Shown here: piece by piece, positions 10,303 to 19,560 of the stretch
Layout: each line of letters starts with the position of its first letter
How positions within the stretch are numbered: position 1 is the stretch's first letter
Source of the DNA: Pseudomonadota bacterium
GTDB taxonomy: Bacteria; Pseudomonadota; Alphaproteobacteria; 16-39-46
Direction: 5' to 3'
Length of the DNA stretch: 64,000 bases
NCBI GenBank assembly: GCA_018242545.1
Contig: JAFEBT010000001.1
Coordinates: 23,180-87,179 of the forward strand
Notes under the pieces: model-generated
Databases searched by the model: none
The model's input: only the letters and a program-made list of their open reading frames with translations
Told to the model about the DNA's origin: nothing
Position numbers and translations under genes: made by a program

Positions 10303-11145
10303 ATGACCTCAAACTCTTCTCAACCTTCTTCTCCTCCCAAATCAGAATTTTGGAGCACCGTAAAAACCCTTTTTTTGGCCTTGTTTGTTGCCCTTGTTTT
10401 AAGGAGTTTTCTTTTTGAGCCTTTTAACATTCCCTCAGGCTCCATGATTCCCAACCTTCTCGTTGGAGATTTTCTATTTGTTTCTAAATGGTCTTATGGA
10501 TACAGTAAATATTCTTTTCCTTTTGGATTAGACCTTTTTTCAGGACGTTTTTTAGAATTTAAAACCCCTCAACAAGGTGAGGTTATCGTTTTTAAATATC
10601 CAAAAGATACCGAATTTCAATGGATCAAGCGCGTTGTTGGTTTGCCAGGAGATACAGTTCAAATGAAAGAAGGTATTCTCCACATTAATGGAGAGCCCGT
10701 TAAGCTTGAGCGTATTGAGGATTATTCTTATATTGATGAAGATGATCAAACCCTTCATGTTGCAGAGCAATATATTGAAACTTTTCCCAATGGCACACAA
10801 CATCGTATCTTAAAAGAAGTTCCTTTTGGAAAAGCAAGACTTGACAATACCCCTCTTTATGAGGTTCCACCAGGACATTATTTTGTAATGGGAGATAACA
10901 GAGATAATTCGGGTGACAGTCGTGTGATTAATAATCTTGGATTTGTTCCACGTGACTATGTTCTTGGAAAAGCGAGCCTTATATACTTCTCAGAAGAACA
11001 TTCTTATTGGCCTCAAAGCACTCTTCGTGTTCCGATGAATTGGTTTAGTCTTAAGGAGTGGTTCTCAGATCGATTTATTTGGTGGCAACCCTGGAAATGG
11101 TTCACGTCCATTCGATATAGCCGCCTTTTAAAGATTATTCATTAA
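10303..11145 (+). CDS. lepB: Signal peptidase I
   Basis: Catalytic Ser box IPSGSMIPNLLVGDFLFVSK, Lys box, and GDNRDNSGDSR motif. TM segment at the N-terminus. Confidence 0.9.
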   Translation: MTSNSSQPSSPPKSEFWSTVKTLFLALFVALVLRSFLFEPFNIPSGSMIPNLLVGDFLFVSKWSYGYSKYSFPFGLDLFSGRFLEFKTPQQGEVIVFKYPKDTEFQWIKRVVGLPGDTVQMKEGILHINGEPVKLERIEDYSYIDEDDQTLHVAEQYIETFPNGTQHRILKEVPFGKARLDNTPLYEVPPGHYFVMGDNRDNSGDSRVINNLGFVPRDYVLGKASLIYFSEEHSYWPQSTLRVPMNWFSLKEWFSDRFIWWQPWKWFTSIRYSRLLKIIH

Positions 11146-11147
11146 CA

Positions 11148-11858
11148 ATGTCAGCCCCTTCCTTATACCCTTATCAAAAACTTGAAGTTTTTCTTGGGCA
11201 TACCTTTAAAGACAAAACACTTTTGGAAGGGGCCTTAACGCATCCAAGTTATGCCCATCGCAAAAAATTATCTTCTTTTGAACGCCTTGAATTTTTAGGA
11301 GACCGTGTGCTCGGATGTATTATTGCGGAAGCTCTTTACATTACTTTTGAAACAGAAGAAGAAGGTAATTTGTCTCATCGGCTTGTGGATCTTGTTCGAA
11401 AAGAATGTATTGGAAAAGTCGTTCAGACTTGGCCCCTTCATCTTTATCTTCATCTTTCAAAATCCTTAGAACGCAATAATCTTCCTTTAAACGTCCTTGC
11501 AGATGCAGGAGAAGCAATTTTGGGAGCACTATTTCTAGATGCAGGGATTCTTAAAACACGTGATTTTATTTTAAAACATTGGACACCTTATTTGAAGAAC
11601 ACCTCTGAGAAAAATTTGAGAGATGCAAAATCAAGACTACAAGAATGGACACAAGCCCACGGGTTTTCACTTCCTATATATGACATTCTTGCTTCCGAGG
11701 GACCTGATCATGCGCCCCAATTTCATGTTCGTGTTAAAGTCATTAAAAAAAATGTGCCAACTTTCACGGAAGGATGGGGCCCATCTCGCAAACAGGCCGA
11801 GCAAACTGCTGCACACTCTCTTTTAGAACACCTATCCTCTAAGGAGCCTCTAAAATGA
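11148..11858 (+). CDS. rnc: Ribonuclease III
   Basis: RNase III signature ERLEFLGDRVLG, and a C-terminal dsRBD (double-stranded RNA-binding domain; ...GPSRKQAEQTAA). Confidence 0.9.
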   Translation: MSAPSLYPYQKLEVFLGHTFKDKTLLEGALTHPSYAHRKKLSSFERLEFLGDRVLGCIIAEALYITFETEEEGNLSHRLVDLVRKECIGKVVQTWPLHLYLHLSKSLERNNLPLNVLADAGEAILGALFLDAGILKTRDFILKHWTPYLKNTSEKNLRDAKSRLQEWTQAHGFSLPIYDILASEGPDHAPQFHVRVKVIKKNVPTFTEGWGPSRKQAEQTAAHSLLEHLSSKEPLK

Positions 11859-12754
11859 CATCAGAATTACGCTGTGGATTTATTTCTATTTTGGGACTTC
11901 CCAATGCTGGAAAATCAACTCTTATCAATCAGCTCGTCGGAGCAAAGATTTCAATTGTTACACATAAACCTCAAACGACCCGTTTTCGAATTCTTGGAAT
12001 TCGAAATGTGGACAAGACGCAACTTATTTTTATTGATACACCTGGCATTTTTTCTCCCAAGAAACGTCTGGATCACGCCATGGTCTCTTCTGTTTGGAAA
12101 GCTTATGATGATACAGACTTAACTCTTTTCATGATAGATGTTCAAAAAGGCTTATCTCCTTTCGTTCTAGAACTTCTTGAAAAATTAGTAAAAAAACCAA
12201 AGCAACTTATTGTTCTTCTTAATAAAGTTGATCTCGTCAAAAAAGAAGTTCTTTTAGAGATGTCACAGAAGCTTTCTGAAATGGGGTGTGAGACAATTTT
12301 TATGATTTCAGCTCTTACAGGAAGCGGGCTATCGGAACTTTTAGTCTATCTTGAAAATCATGCACCTCTTGGACCTTGGCACTATCCTAAAGACCAGCAA
12401 ACCGATTTAAATGAACGTTTGTGGGCAGCTGAAGTTACACGCGAAACTCTTTTTATAAAACTTCATGAAGAACTTCCTTATGGACTTACTGTTGAAACGA
12501 CATCCTTTGAACGGTTTGATAATGGAGATCTCAAAATTGATCAAACAATTTATGTTGAAAGAGACGCCCATCGCGCTATTATTTTAGGATCAAAAGGAAC
12601 TCAAATTAAAGAAATTGGCATGATAGCACGCAAAGAACTCAGCCTTCTTTTTAAGTGCTCTGTTCATTTGTTTCTTCATGTAAAAGTTGATGAAAAATGG
12701 CAAGAAAAGCGTTCTTATTATCAAGAACTCGGTCTCGATTTTCCAAAAAATTAA
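11855..12754 (+). CDS. era: GTPase Era
   Basis: G1 motif GLPNAGKSTL, G3 DTPG, G4 NKVD, C-terminal KH domain. Overlaps the rnc stop. Confidence 0.9.
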   Translation: MTSELRCGFISILGLPNAGKSTLINQLVGAKISIVTHKPQTTRFRILGIRNVDKTQLIFIDTPGIFSPKKRLDHAMVSSVWKAYDDTDLTLFMIDVQKGLSPFVLELLEKLVKKPKQLIVLLNKVDLVKKEVLLEMSQKLSEMGCETIFMISALTGSGLSELLVYLENHAPLGPWHYPKDQQTDLNERLWAAEVTRETLFIKLHEELPYGLTVETTSFERFDNGDLKIDQTIYVERDAHRAIILGSKGTQIKEIGMIARKELSLLFKCSVHLFLHVKVDEKWQEKRSYYQELGLDFPKN

Positions 12755-12780
12755 TCTTCATATTTTAGAAAAACATATTT

Positions 12781-13545
12781 ATGCAGTGGGAAGATACTGG
12801 AATTTTATTAAAAAAACATAAATTTGGGGAAACCCATCATATTTTAGTTTTCTTAACAAAAACATATGGGAAGCACGCGGGTCTTTATCGTGGGAAAATC
12901 TCTCTGCCTGAACCTGGCGAGCTCCTTAAAGTTTGCTGGAAAGGGCGTCTTCAAGATCATTTAGGAGAATGGCGCAATCTTGAAAAACAATATGCACCTT
13001 TTATTCATATTTTAGGGCATTCTGGAAAACTTTATGCTCTTTCTTCTGCACTTGCTTTAACAGAAAAAACACTTGCTGATCGAGATGTCCACCCCGCTCT
13101 TTACGAATATCTTCTGACGTTTATTAAAGATCTTCAAATGGAAGATCCCTTTTGGATTTTATCTTATATTTCCTATGAACTCTCTCTCTTAAGTGAGATC
13201 GGTTTTGGATTAGATCTTTCGAAATGTGCTGTTACAGGAAAGCACGAAAATTTAGCTTTTGTCTCCCCAAAAACTGGACATGCTGTCACACCTCAAGGAG
13301 GTGAAGGCTATCTTGATCGTCTTCTTCCTCTTCCTCCCTTTTTAATAAATCTTTCTCTTTCGAAAATTTCCTCTCCTTTTCCTGAACTTTCTCAGCTTCA
13401 AGAAGGATTGATGCTTACAAAATATTTTCTTGAAAAATCTCTTGCAGCTTGTAATGCATCTTCTCACAAAAGTTCTCTTCCTCCTTATCGTTCTCTTCTC
13501 GTGAATTGGACAGAAACATTAAAAAGCCAAAACAGTAATATTTAA
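12781..13545 (+). CDS. recO: DNA repair protein RecO
   Basis: Position after era is the conserved context. The N-terminal OB-fold-like region (GILLKKHKFGETHHILVFLTKTYGK) and overall length are consistent with RecO. Confidence 0.7.
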   Translation: MQWEDTGILLKKHKFGETHHILVFLTKTYGKHAGLYRGKISLPEPGELLKVCWKGRLQDHLGEWRNLEKQYAPFIHILGHSGKLYALSSALALTEKTLADRDVHPALYEYLLTFIKDLQMEDPFWILSYISYELSLLSEIGFGLDLSKCAVTGKHENLAFVSPKTGHAVTPQGGEGYLDRLLPLPPFLINLSLSKISSPFPELSQLQEGLMLTKYFLEKSLAACNASSHKSSLPPYRSLLVNWTETLKSQNSNI

Positions 13546-13726
13546 AAAGAACTTATTTATATAAAAATATAATAAATTATTATAATAAATTAAAATTAAT
13601 TGTTTATATTTTACGTAAAAATGAGTTGATTATTTATTTAAATACTATTATTCTTCTTGAATTATTTGAATTTAAAATAATTAAACTTAAACAATCCAAC
13701 TTTATTGTTTTTATAAAGATTCCACC

Positions 13727-15004
13727 ATGACAAAAAAAATCCTGCTCGCAAGTTGCATCGGCAGTATGCTTGAAATGTTTGATTTTTATATTTATGCAAC
13801 GTTCCTTAATGTCATGGCCTCTACTTTCTTTCCAACAGAAAATAAAATACTCAGCTTATTTATTAGTGTTGGAGGATGGGGAATTGCACTTATCGCGCAC
13901 CCCATAGGAGCTCTTATATTTGGATATTTTGGAGATATATTTGGACGTAAAAACACCTTCGCTTTTACTTTAATTTTCATGAGTTTTCCAACTATTATTA
14001 TTGGAATTCTTCCTTCTTATAATGAAATTGGAATTATAGCTCCTATTATCGTCATTACAGGAAGATTAATTCAAGGTATTTGTTATGGAGGAGAACTCAA
14101 TGGTGCTTTTATTTTTGCACTCGAACATATGCCCCAAAAACAAGGACTTGCTTCTGGCCTCATTATTTCTTCATGTGTGTGTGGAATTTTAAGTGCAACC
14201 GCTTTAAGTTATATTACCCAGCTTCCAGGCATGCCAAGTTGGGCTTGGAGAATTTCTTTTTGCTTAGGTGGATCTGTAGGATTCATTGGATATTTTATTC
14301 GAAAAAAGCTTATTGAGAGCGATGAATTTTTAAGAACATTTTCAAAAACAAAAATCCCACTTTTTACAATTATTCATAAACGTAAAACAGCTTGTTTTTT
14401 ATGTTTTTCTATTGGAGCTTTAATTGGAGGCTTTTTTTATATTGATTTTTGTTTTTTAAGTGTTTACCTCTCCCGATATTGCCATTTACCTTCAGAAACC
14501 ATTTGGAAATTAAACATATACTTAATATTATCAATTATGAGTGTTGGTCCATTATTTGGCGCTCTTTATGATCACCTTAAATCTCCCCTCTTTTTAAGAG
14601 TTATGTGTTATGGCCTTTTTTTTGGCACAATCCCTGTTTTTTGGCTCCTTTTATCACATCTGGCTTTTCTTTTTATATTAGGTGGCATCCTTTTAGGTAT
14701 TTGTACAGCAAGTATTTCAACCGTGGGATTTGTTATCATGCAAAATTTATTTCCTGTGAAAGAAAGATATAGTGGGATTTCCCTTTTTTACTGTCTTGGA
14801 ATATCAATTTATGGTGGAATCTCCCCTCTCTTTTATATAGAAGCTATTGAAATTCATAATGAAAGTTTGTTTTTTCCAGCCTATTGCCTTATGTGTCTCA
14901 TTAGTTTATTTTATGCTGCTTTAAAAATTAACAATGTCACGGAACAGAATGCACCAATAAGAAATGATCAAGTCTTTTTTGAAGATATAAAAAAAGCTGG
15001 ATAA
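13727..15004 (+). CDS. MFS transporter, metabolite:H+ symporter-like (ProP/KgtP-like)
   Basis: 12 predicted TM segments. Motif GYFGDIFGRKNTFAFTLIFMSF resembles the MFS/MHS signature G..GDR.GRK. Confidence 0.7.
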   Translation: MTKKILLASCIGSMLEMFDFYIYATFLNVMASTFFPTENKILSLFISVGGWGIALIAHPIGALIFGYFGDIFGRKNTFAFTLIFMSFPTIIIGILPSYNEIGIIAPIIVITGRLIQGICYGGELNGAFIFALEHMPQKQGLASGLIISSCVCGILSATALSYITQLPGMPSWAWRISFCLGGSVGFIGYFIRKKLIESDEFLRTFSKTKIPLFTIIHKRKTACFLCFSIGALIGGFFYIDFCFLSVYLSRYCHLPSETIWKLNIYLILSIMSVGPLFGALYDHLKSPLFLRVMCYGLFFGTIPVFWLLLSHLAFLFILGGILLGICTASISTVGFVIMQNLFPVKERYSGISLFYCLGISIYGGISPLFYIEAIEIHNESLFFPAYCLMCLISLFYAALKINNVTEQNAPIRNDQVFFEDIKKAG

Positions 15005-15039
15005 ATCAAAAAACTTTTGTGTAAAAAAGAGCCCGCTTT

Positions 15040-15090
15040 TTAAGCAAAGCGGGCCAAATATTCCCTAGCGCAGCGCAAGGGATTGGGAGA
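15040..15090 (-). terminator. Intrinsic terminator hairpins in the convergent gap (mainly serving the minus-strand gene)
   Basis: GCCCGCTTT-loop-AAAGCGGGC stem, followed on the minus strand by a T-run. A second hairpin, TCCCT-AGCGCAGCGCA-AGGGA, is adjacent. Confidence 0.5.
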
Positions 15091-15092
15091 AA

Positions 15093-15656
15093 TCATATAC
15101 CAACTGCTTGCGCATTCAGAGATGTTAAGAATGAAAAGTCCTTTTCATTAAACGCTTTGATATGCTTAGAAATTAAATTGTAACGTATATATCTTTGCTC
15201 TTCTCTCAAAAAAAGAATCATGCGATCCAAAACAACAAATAATCCTAAAATATCTTCAGGAAACAAAGGATCAAATTTTTTAAGGGGTAAGTTAAACATG
15301 GAAAAATCAATCGAATATAAAAGGTCCCAAGAGACTTTTAAATGCTCGTGATCAATACAATTTAAAAATTCCTTAAGAGACCCTAAAGAAAGATTCGTTT
15401 CTTCATTATCTTGAATTGCAAGATCTCTTACATCAATTAAATTACAAAGATTTTGGAGTTCTTTTTGAGTTTCTTCCTCATCCCAATAACTCGGATCTTT
15501 TTCAGAAAGTGTCAAGATTTTATTAAAACAAGCCCACCCTTTATCTGAAACAGAAGAGCAAAAATTAATTGCATAATCCAAGTTCTTTAAGTGTATTTCA
15601 ATTTCACTCACAAATCTTTTTTGAGTAAATTCTTCAAAACAGCATAGCGCACCCAT
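15093..15656 (-). CDS. Hypothetical protein (acidic, Leu-rich), no family recognised
   Basis: 187-aa ORF followed by terminator hairpins. No recognisable motif. Confidence 0.35.
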   Translation of the reverse strand: MGALCCFEEFTQKRFVSEIEIHLKNLDYAINFCSSVSDKGWACFNKILTLSEKDPSYWDEEETQKELQNLCNLIDVRDLAIQDNEETNLSLGSLKEFLNCIDHEHLKVSWDLLYSIDFSMFNLPLKKFDPLFPEDILGLFVVLDRMILFLREEQRYIRYNLISKHIKAFNEKDFSFLTSLNAQAVGI

Positions 15657-15991
15657 ATTTATTCCCTTCCCTTAAATTATATAGAAATTTAATTTTTATA
15701 CTTGGTATTTTTCGTAACGTATGGTACAAAATTATATACCACATTTATTGTGATATAAAATGAAGCTTACCTAATGTCAATATTATTTTTCACTATAGAC
15801 ATTTTTTCTTAAGATCTTGTAACCTAAGAAAAAAGATATAGTGGTTACTTTTAATGAAAAAGTAGAAAGGTTTGAATTGATTCTAAGTGTCCTTCTTAAA
15901 AATACTTCTCAAAGAATGAACCTTTTGATGAATTTTCAAGAGATGCGTTCCTTTTTTCATATAGAGTGTCTCTTTATTTAGGAAAAAAATT

Positions 15992-16444
15992 ATGTCTCAC
16001 CTTCAAAACTACATTCGAAAAAAACTTGAAGAAAAAAATATGTCTATTAATGCGCTTGAACGTGTTGCTGGACTCAAGACAAATGCTGTCCATAATATTC
16101 TTAAAGGAGCTTCAAAAAACCCTAAAAAGGAAACTCTTCTTGCAATTGCAACAACTTTTGAATGTTCTGTAAAAGATTTAACAGAAGGTATTGACGAAAC
16201 AGAAGGTTTGACTTCTTCCTCTTCTCAAGATAAAACTTCTCAAGAGGCTAACCCGACTTGGGACCCTGATCTTTATGCTAAGATAATAGAGATTCTAACG
16301 CCAATTCTTGCAAAAAGAACGACCCTTCCTCTCACAAAAAAAATTCATTCTCTAATTTGGGAAATTTATCTTTATTCTTTTTTCCATGAAGAGAAAAAAG
16401 TTGACCCGCGTTTTGTAGAATGGCTCATTAACAAATATTCTTAA
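15992..16444 (+). CDS. XRE-family HTH transcriptional regulator
   Basis: N-terminal HTH: IRKKLEEKNMSINALERVAGLKTNAVHNILKGASKNPKKETLLAIATTFECSVKDL (Cro/C1-type). Confidence 0.7.
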   Translation: MSHLQNYIRKKLEEKNMSINALERVAGLKTNAVHNILKGASKNPKKETLLAIATTFECSVKDLTEGIDETEGLTSSSSQDKTSQEANPTWDPDLYAKIIEILTPILAKRTTLPLTKKIHSLIWEIYLYSFFHEEKKVDPRFVEWLINKYS

Positions 16445-16497
16445 TCTCAAAGATCACTCTTTTTTATTTAGAAAATTTAGAGAAAATATAATTTTTC

Positions 16498-18093
16498 TTA
16501 TTTAGATTTGAAAAGATTTATAATATTAAGATTAGAATAATTTTTAGTCTCTGTCTCAAGAGAATTCTTAATAATAATTTCTGTTATATTAAAAGGTCCT
16601 TTCTTCTCTCCCCTGACAATTGACCAGCCAAGAGAGTGAGCTATTTTCATAAGATTTCCCTGTGCCGGATCAACCAAAAAATCTTTTTCATATCTAGAAG
16701 AAATTGAATCCAGCTCTTTCAAATAATTTTCAGATAAAATAAACCCATTATCTTCTATCATAAGCTTTGATATATTGAGGCGCGTTTCAAGTTTAAGCTT
16801 TATGAGACCGTTTGGAGGAACTCGCAAAATACATTCTTTTAAAATAAAATAAACAAGGTAATATAAAACTGACAATTCTCCATAAATTAAAAAATCTCTC
16901 CCTTTAATTGATATTTTAATATTATTTTCAGCAAGCTCTTCAGAAAAACTCATGATAACTTCTTGAACTGTTTTGCTGAATGAAAGTTTTACAAGGCGCG
17001 GATGAAGTTCTAATTGCTTTAAGGTCTCAGAAAATTTTCCAAGAGCTTCTTCAATTTCTTTATCTTTACATTTTATGATGAGTGCTTCTTGCAGAGGTTG
17101 CAGTCCTTTTAAAAACTCTTTTGAAAAAGGAAATATTTTCTTAAAAATGCGCTCCTTCCCCCTGTTGGAAGATTCTTGATCAGAATATTTTTTTTGTAGT
17201 ATTAGGTTTTCCTGTTGTAATTTTTCAACTTTTATATGCGATGCAGAGATTTTTTTTAACACCTCTTCATATTGGCTCCTATTCTTTTCATTAATTAATT
17301 TTGTTAATTTAAGAACATTCAATATAAAAGCCCCCAAGCCCACCCCAACAAAAAACAAGCAACAAAATAAAAATCCTAGTCGATTGCATAGAAAAAAATT
17401 GCCCCAAGAATCTGTATAGATTAAGTCCAAATAATTTAGAAATTCTCCTGGATCTACGACGAAAGAGTCCGACTTATTCTTAAGCCCTAAGTCAACATTT
17501 TTAAGCCCTGCATGCTTTACAAACTCTTTAAGATCCTGACTTATAAAAAGAATACAAGGTATATTCTCCTCATAAAAAAATCCTTTTGCAAAATATAATT
17601 TTTCATTTTTATAAAAAATCTTAAATTTATCAATTTCAAAGTAACACCTTTCAATAATTTCTTTTGGAACAAATTTTTCTTGAATAAGTCCATGTTTATT
17701 ATAAATATGTTTTTCTTTTCCAATAAGGAGAGCAATACAAAGAGAATGGGTATGGGGGTTAGATTTTATAAAAAAATTAAAATCTGAATTTTCATTCAAT
17801 TTAATTATGTTTTTTTTATCAAAGATCAATGTCCCAAAATTCAAAATACGCGCTAAATCCGAATCTATTAATTTTTCGAGCTCATTGATCTTGCTAAATA
17901 TAATGCGTTCGGCCTCTTTAAAATCGTCTTTTTTATTCTTCTCATAAGAAATAAAAGATTCCCCTAAAAAACAAATAACGATTGAAATTGCCAAAAACAA
18001 GGACCATAAAGACGCTTTCCATTTAATTTTGAGGGGGGTACTATCATTCATAATAATGTCTCTACAAAGAATTCGATCTTTTTGTATAAACAA
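16498..18093 (-). CDS. Sensor-histidine-kinase-like membrane protein with apparently degenerate H-box
   Basis: Two TM segments flank a ~200-aa putative periplasmic domain. A coiled-coil and a HATPase_c-like C-terminus follow (N-box-like YFILKECILRVPPNG, G1-like IEDNGFI). At the position where the H-box SHELRTPL is expected, the sequence reads SKEFLKGL, i.e. His appears replaced by Lys. Confidence 0.5.
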   Translation of the reverse strand: MFIQKDRILCRDIIMNDSTPLKIKWKASLWSLFLAISIVICFLGESFISYEKNKKDDFKEAERIIFSKINELEKLIDSDLARILNFGTLIFDKKNIIKLNENSDFNFFIKSNPHTHSLCIALLIGKEKHIYNKHGLIQEKFVPKEIIERCYFEIDKFKIFYKNEKLYFAKGFFYEENIPCILFISQDLKEFVKHAGLKNVDLGLKNKSDSFVVDPGEFLNYLDLIYTDSWGNFFLCNRLGFLFCCLFFVGVGLGAFILNVLKLTKLINEKNRSQYEEVLKKISASHIKVEKLQQENLILQKKYSDQESSNRGKERIFKKIFPFSKEFLKGLQPLQEALIIKCKDKEIEEALGKFSETLKQLELHPRLVKLSFSKTVQEVIMSFSEELAENNIKISIKGRDFLIYGELSVLYYLVYFILKECILRVPPNGLIKLKLETRLNISKLMIEDNGFILSENYLKELDSISSRYEKDFLVDPAQGNLMKIAHSLGWSIVRGEKKGPFNITEIIIKNSLETETKNYSNLNIINLFKSK

Positions 18094-18448
18094 ACAAAAT
18101 ATCCTTAATTTTTTCAGATTAAGGAAAAAACAAATTTTTAAGAAATATTCCTACTTTATCGAGGATGCCTCCATTCTAAATTTTCCTGATCAGAAGCCGT
18201 CTTCAACATAAATCTTCCTCTTTCGCCTAATTTGTCTGTTTCTCGATATTTCTTAAGTGTATTCTATTTATATTTAAAGTTAGCCTATTGTCAATAGACA
18301 TACTTTAGCTCACATTTTAATGATTTTAGACAAATTAAACTTTATTTTTCAAGGCCATAAAATTCTAAAGAAGATGTTTTTATTTTTTTTGATAATTTTA
18401 AGAGTTGCATTTATAAATCTTCCATAAAAATATTTTTATTTAAATTTT

Positions 18449-19372
18449 TTAATAGTCAGTTCCTTCATCGACAAATATTTTTAAAAGTCTTTGGAAGCCA
18501 GGATCTTTTTGATTTAATAGCTCAAGGTATTTTTTATAAGAAATCTTACCATTTTTAATATATCTTGCAGCCATCGTCACATCTAAAGGAAAATGGGGAA
18601 TGTGGTTTAAAAATTGCAAAGCTGCTTCTCTTTCTTGAAGGTCTAAAACGTTCGGAGAGAAGTCAAAGAGGATTGAAGAAAAAAGAGTTAAGGCCTCTTC
18701 TTTTTGAAGTTCTCCAACTTTAATAATATCCTCAGGCTTTAAATATTTATAATCTTTCAAATTTTCATCCCGTGTTACCAAAAGTACCTTCCCTGTTCCC
18801 CAAAGAGCTGTATCTTGAGGAAGATAATTTTCGATCTCAGAAAAATTTTTGATATTGTCATATATAAGAAGCCAATTCTTATGGTTTTTAAGAATCTTTT
18901 TTACAAAGGAAAGAAATGAGAGAGCTTGGGTCTCTAAATCTTCTATGTTTTCAATTTTTATAAGTTCTTCTTTCTCTATATGTGTCGTTGCTAAAGAGTA
19001 GGCAAAATCCTTAAAAGAGTGACTTAAGGTTTCTTTATTTTCCGCATTAAACTCCCATACAATTTTGTCATGTTGCGCATATCCATAATATCGCGCCAAA
19101 ACTGTTTTCCCGCTTCCCTTTTCTCCAACAAGCGCAATAACATCTATTCGATTTTCTTCCAGACCCTTACCTTTTTCCTCGATCTGAGAGACAAGCTGAG
19201 GACGCTTAAGAAGCGTGTTTTCTTTGGGAATAACCAACTCAGCTTTTACATTTCTAAGTGCATAATCTGGTTTATATATTTCCTTTGAAAAAAAGGCGAC
19301 AAGACTGAGAATAATCCCAATAAAAAAAAGAGTATAAATTTTTCTTTTTAACTGAATCGAATAAAAAAACAT
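18449..19372 (-). CDS. Truncated paralog of the LuxR-NB-ARC-TPR family: N-terminal TM helix plus NB-ARC/P-loop NTPase domain only
   Basis: 307 aa. Residues align closely with the NTPase portion of the 1143-aa neighbour: LLKRPQLVSQIEEK...IALVGEKGSGKTVLARYYGYAQHD...NWLLIYDNIKNFSEIENYLPQD...GKVLLVTRD...FPLDVTMAARYIKNGKISYKKYLEL versus LLKRFDLISKIDEK...GMGGVGKTTLARYYGHMQHD...NWVLIYDNVENFSEIKNYFPQD. Confidence 0.7.
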   Translation of the reverse strand: MFFYSIQLKRKIYTLFFIGIILSLVAFFSKEIYKPDYALRNVKAELVIPKENTLLKRPQLVSQIEEKGKGLEENRIDVIALVGEKGSGKTVLARYYGYAQHDKIVWEFNAENKETLSHSFKDFAYSLATTHIEKEELIKIENIEDLETQALSFLSFVKKILKNHKNWLLIYDNIKNFSEIENYLPQDTALWGTGKVLLVTRDENLKDYKYLKPEDIIKVGELQKEEALTLFSSILFDFSPNVLDLQEREAALQFLNHIPHFPLDVTMAARYIKNGKISYKKYLELLNQKDPGFQRLLKIFVDEGTDY

Positions 19373-19560
19373 TTTAAATCTCTTAAATCTTTCTTACTTT
19401 GTTAAAAGTCTCTGGCTTTTATAAGACGGAGACTCAAGAAAATATATATTTTCTAATTAATAATTATCTTTAAAATATCAAAAAGAAATTATATATCGAT
19501 TTTTATCAAATAACGTACCGTACCTAACAATTTTCTGATCTAATTTTTCTCAACACGCTT

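Noticed and set aside
13546-13726. Very AT-rich spacer with repeated AATAAATTA units after recO. Checked for CRISPR-like or tandem repeat structure
   Set aside because: Only short imperfect direct repeats of simple AT sequence are present. There are no regularly spaced repeat-spacer units and no cas genes. It is most likely just an AT-rich intergenic or promoter region.
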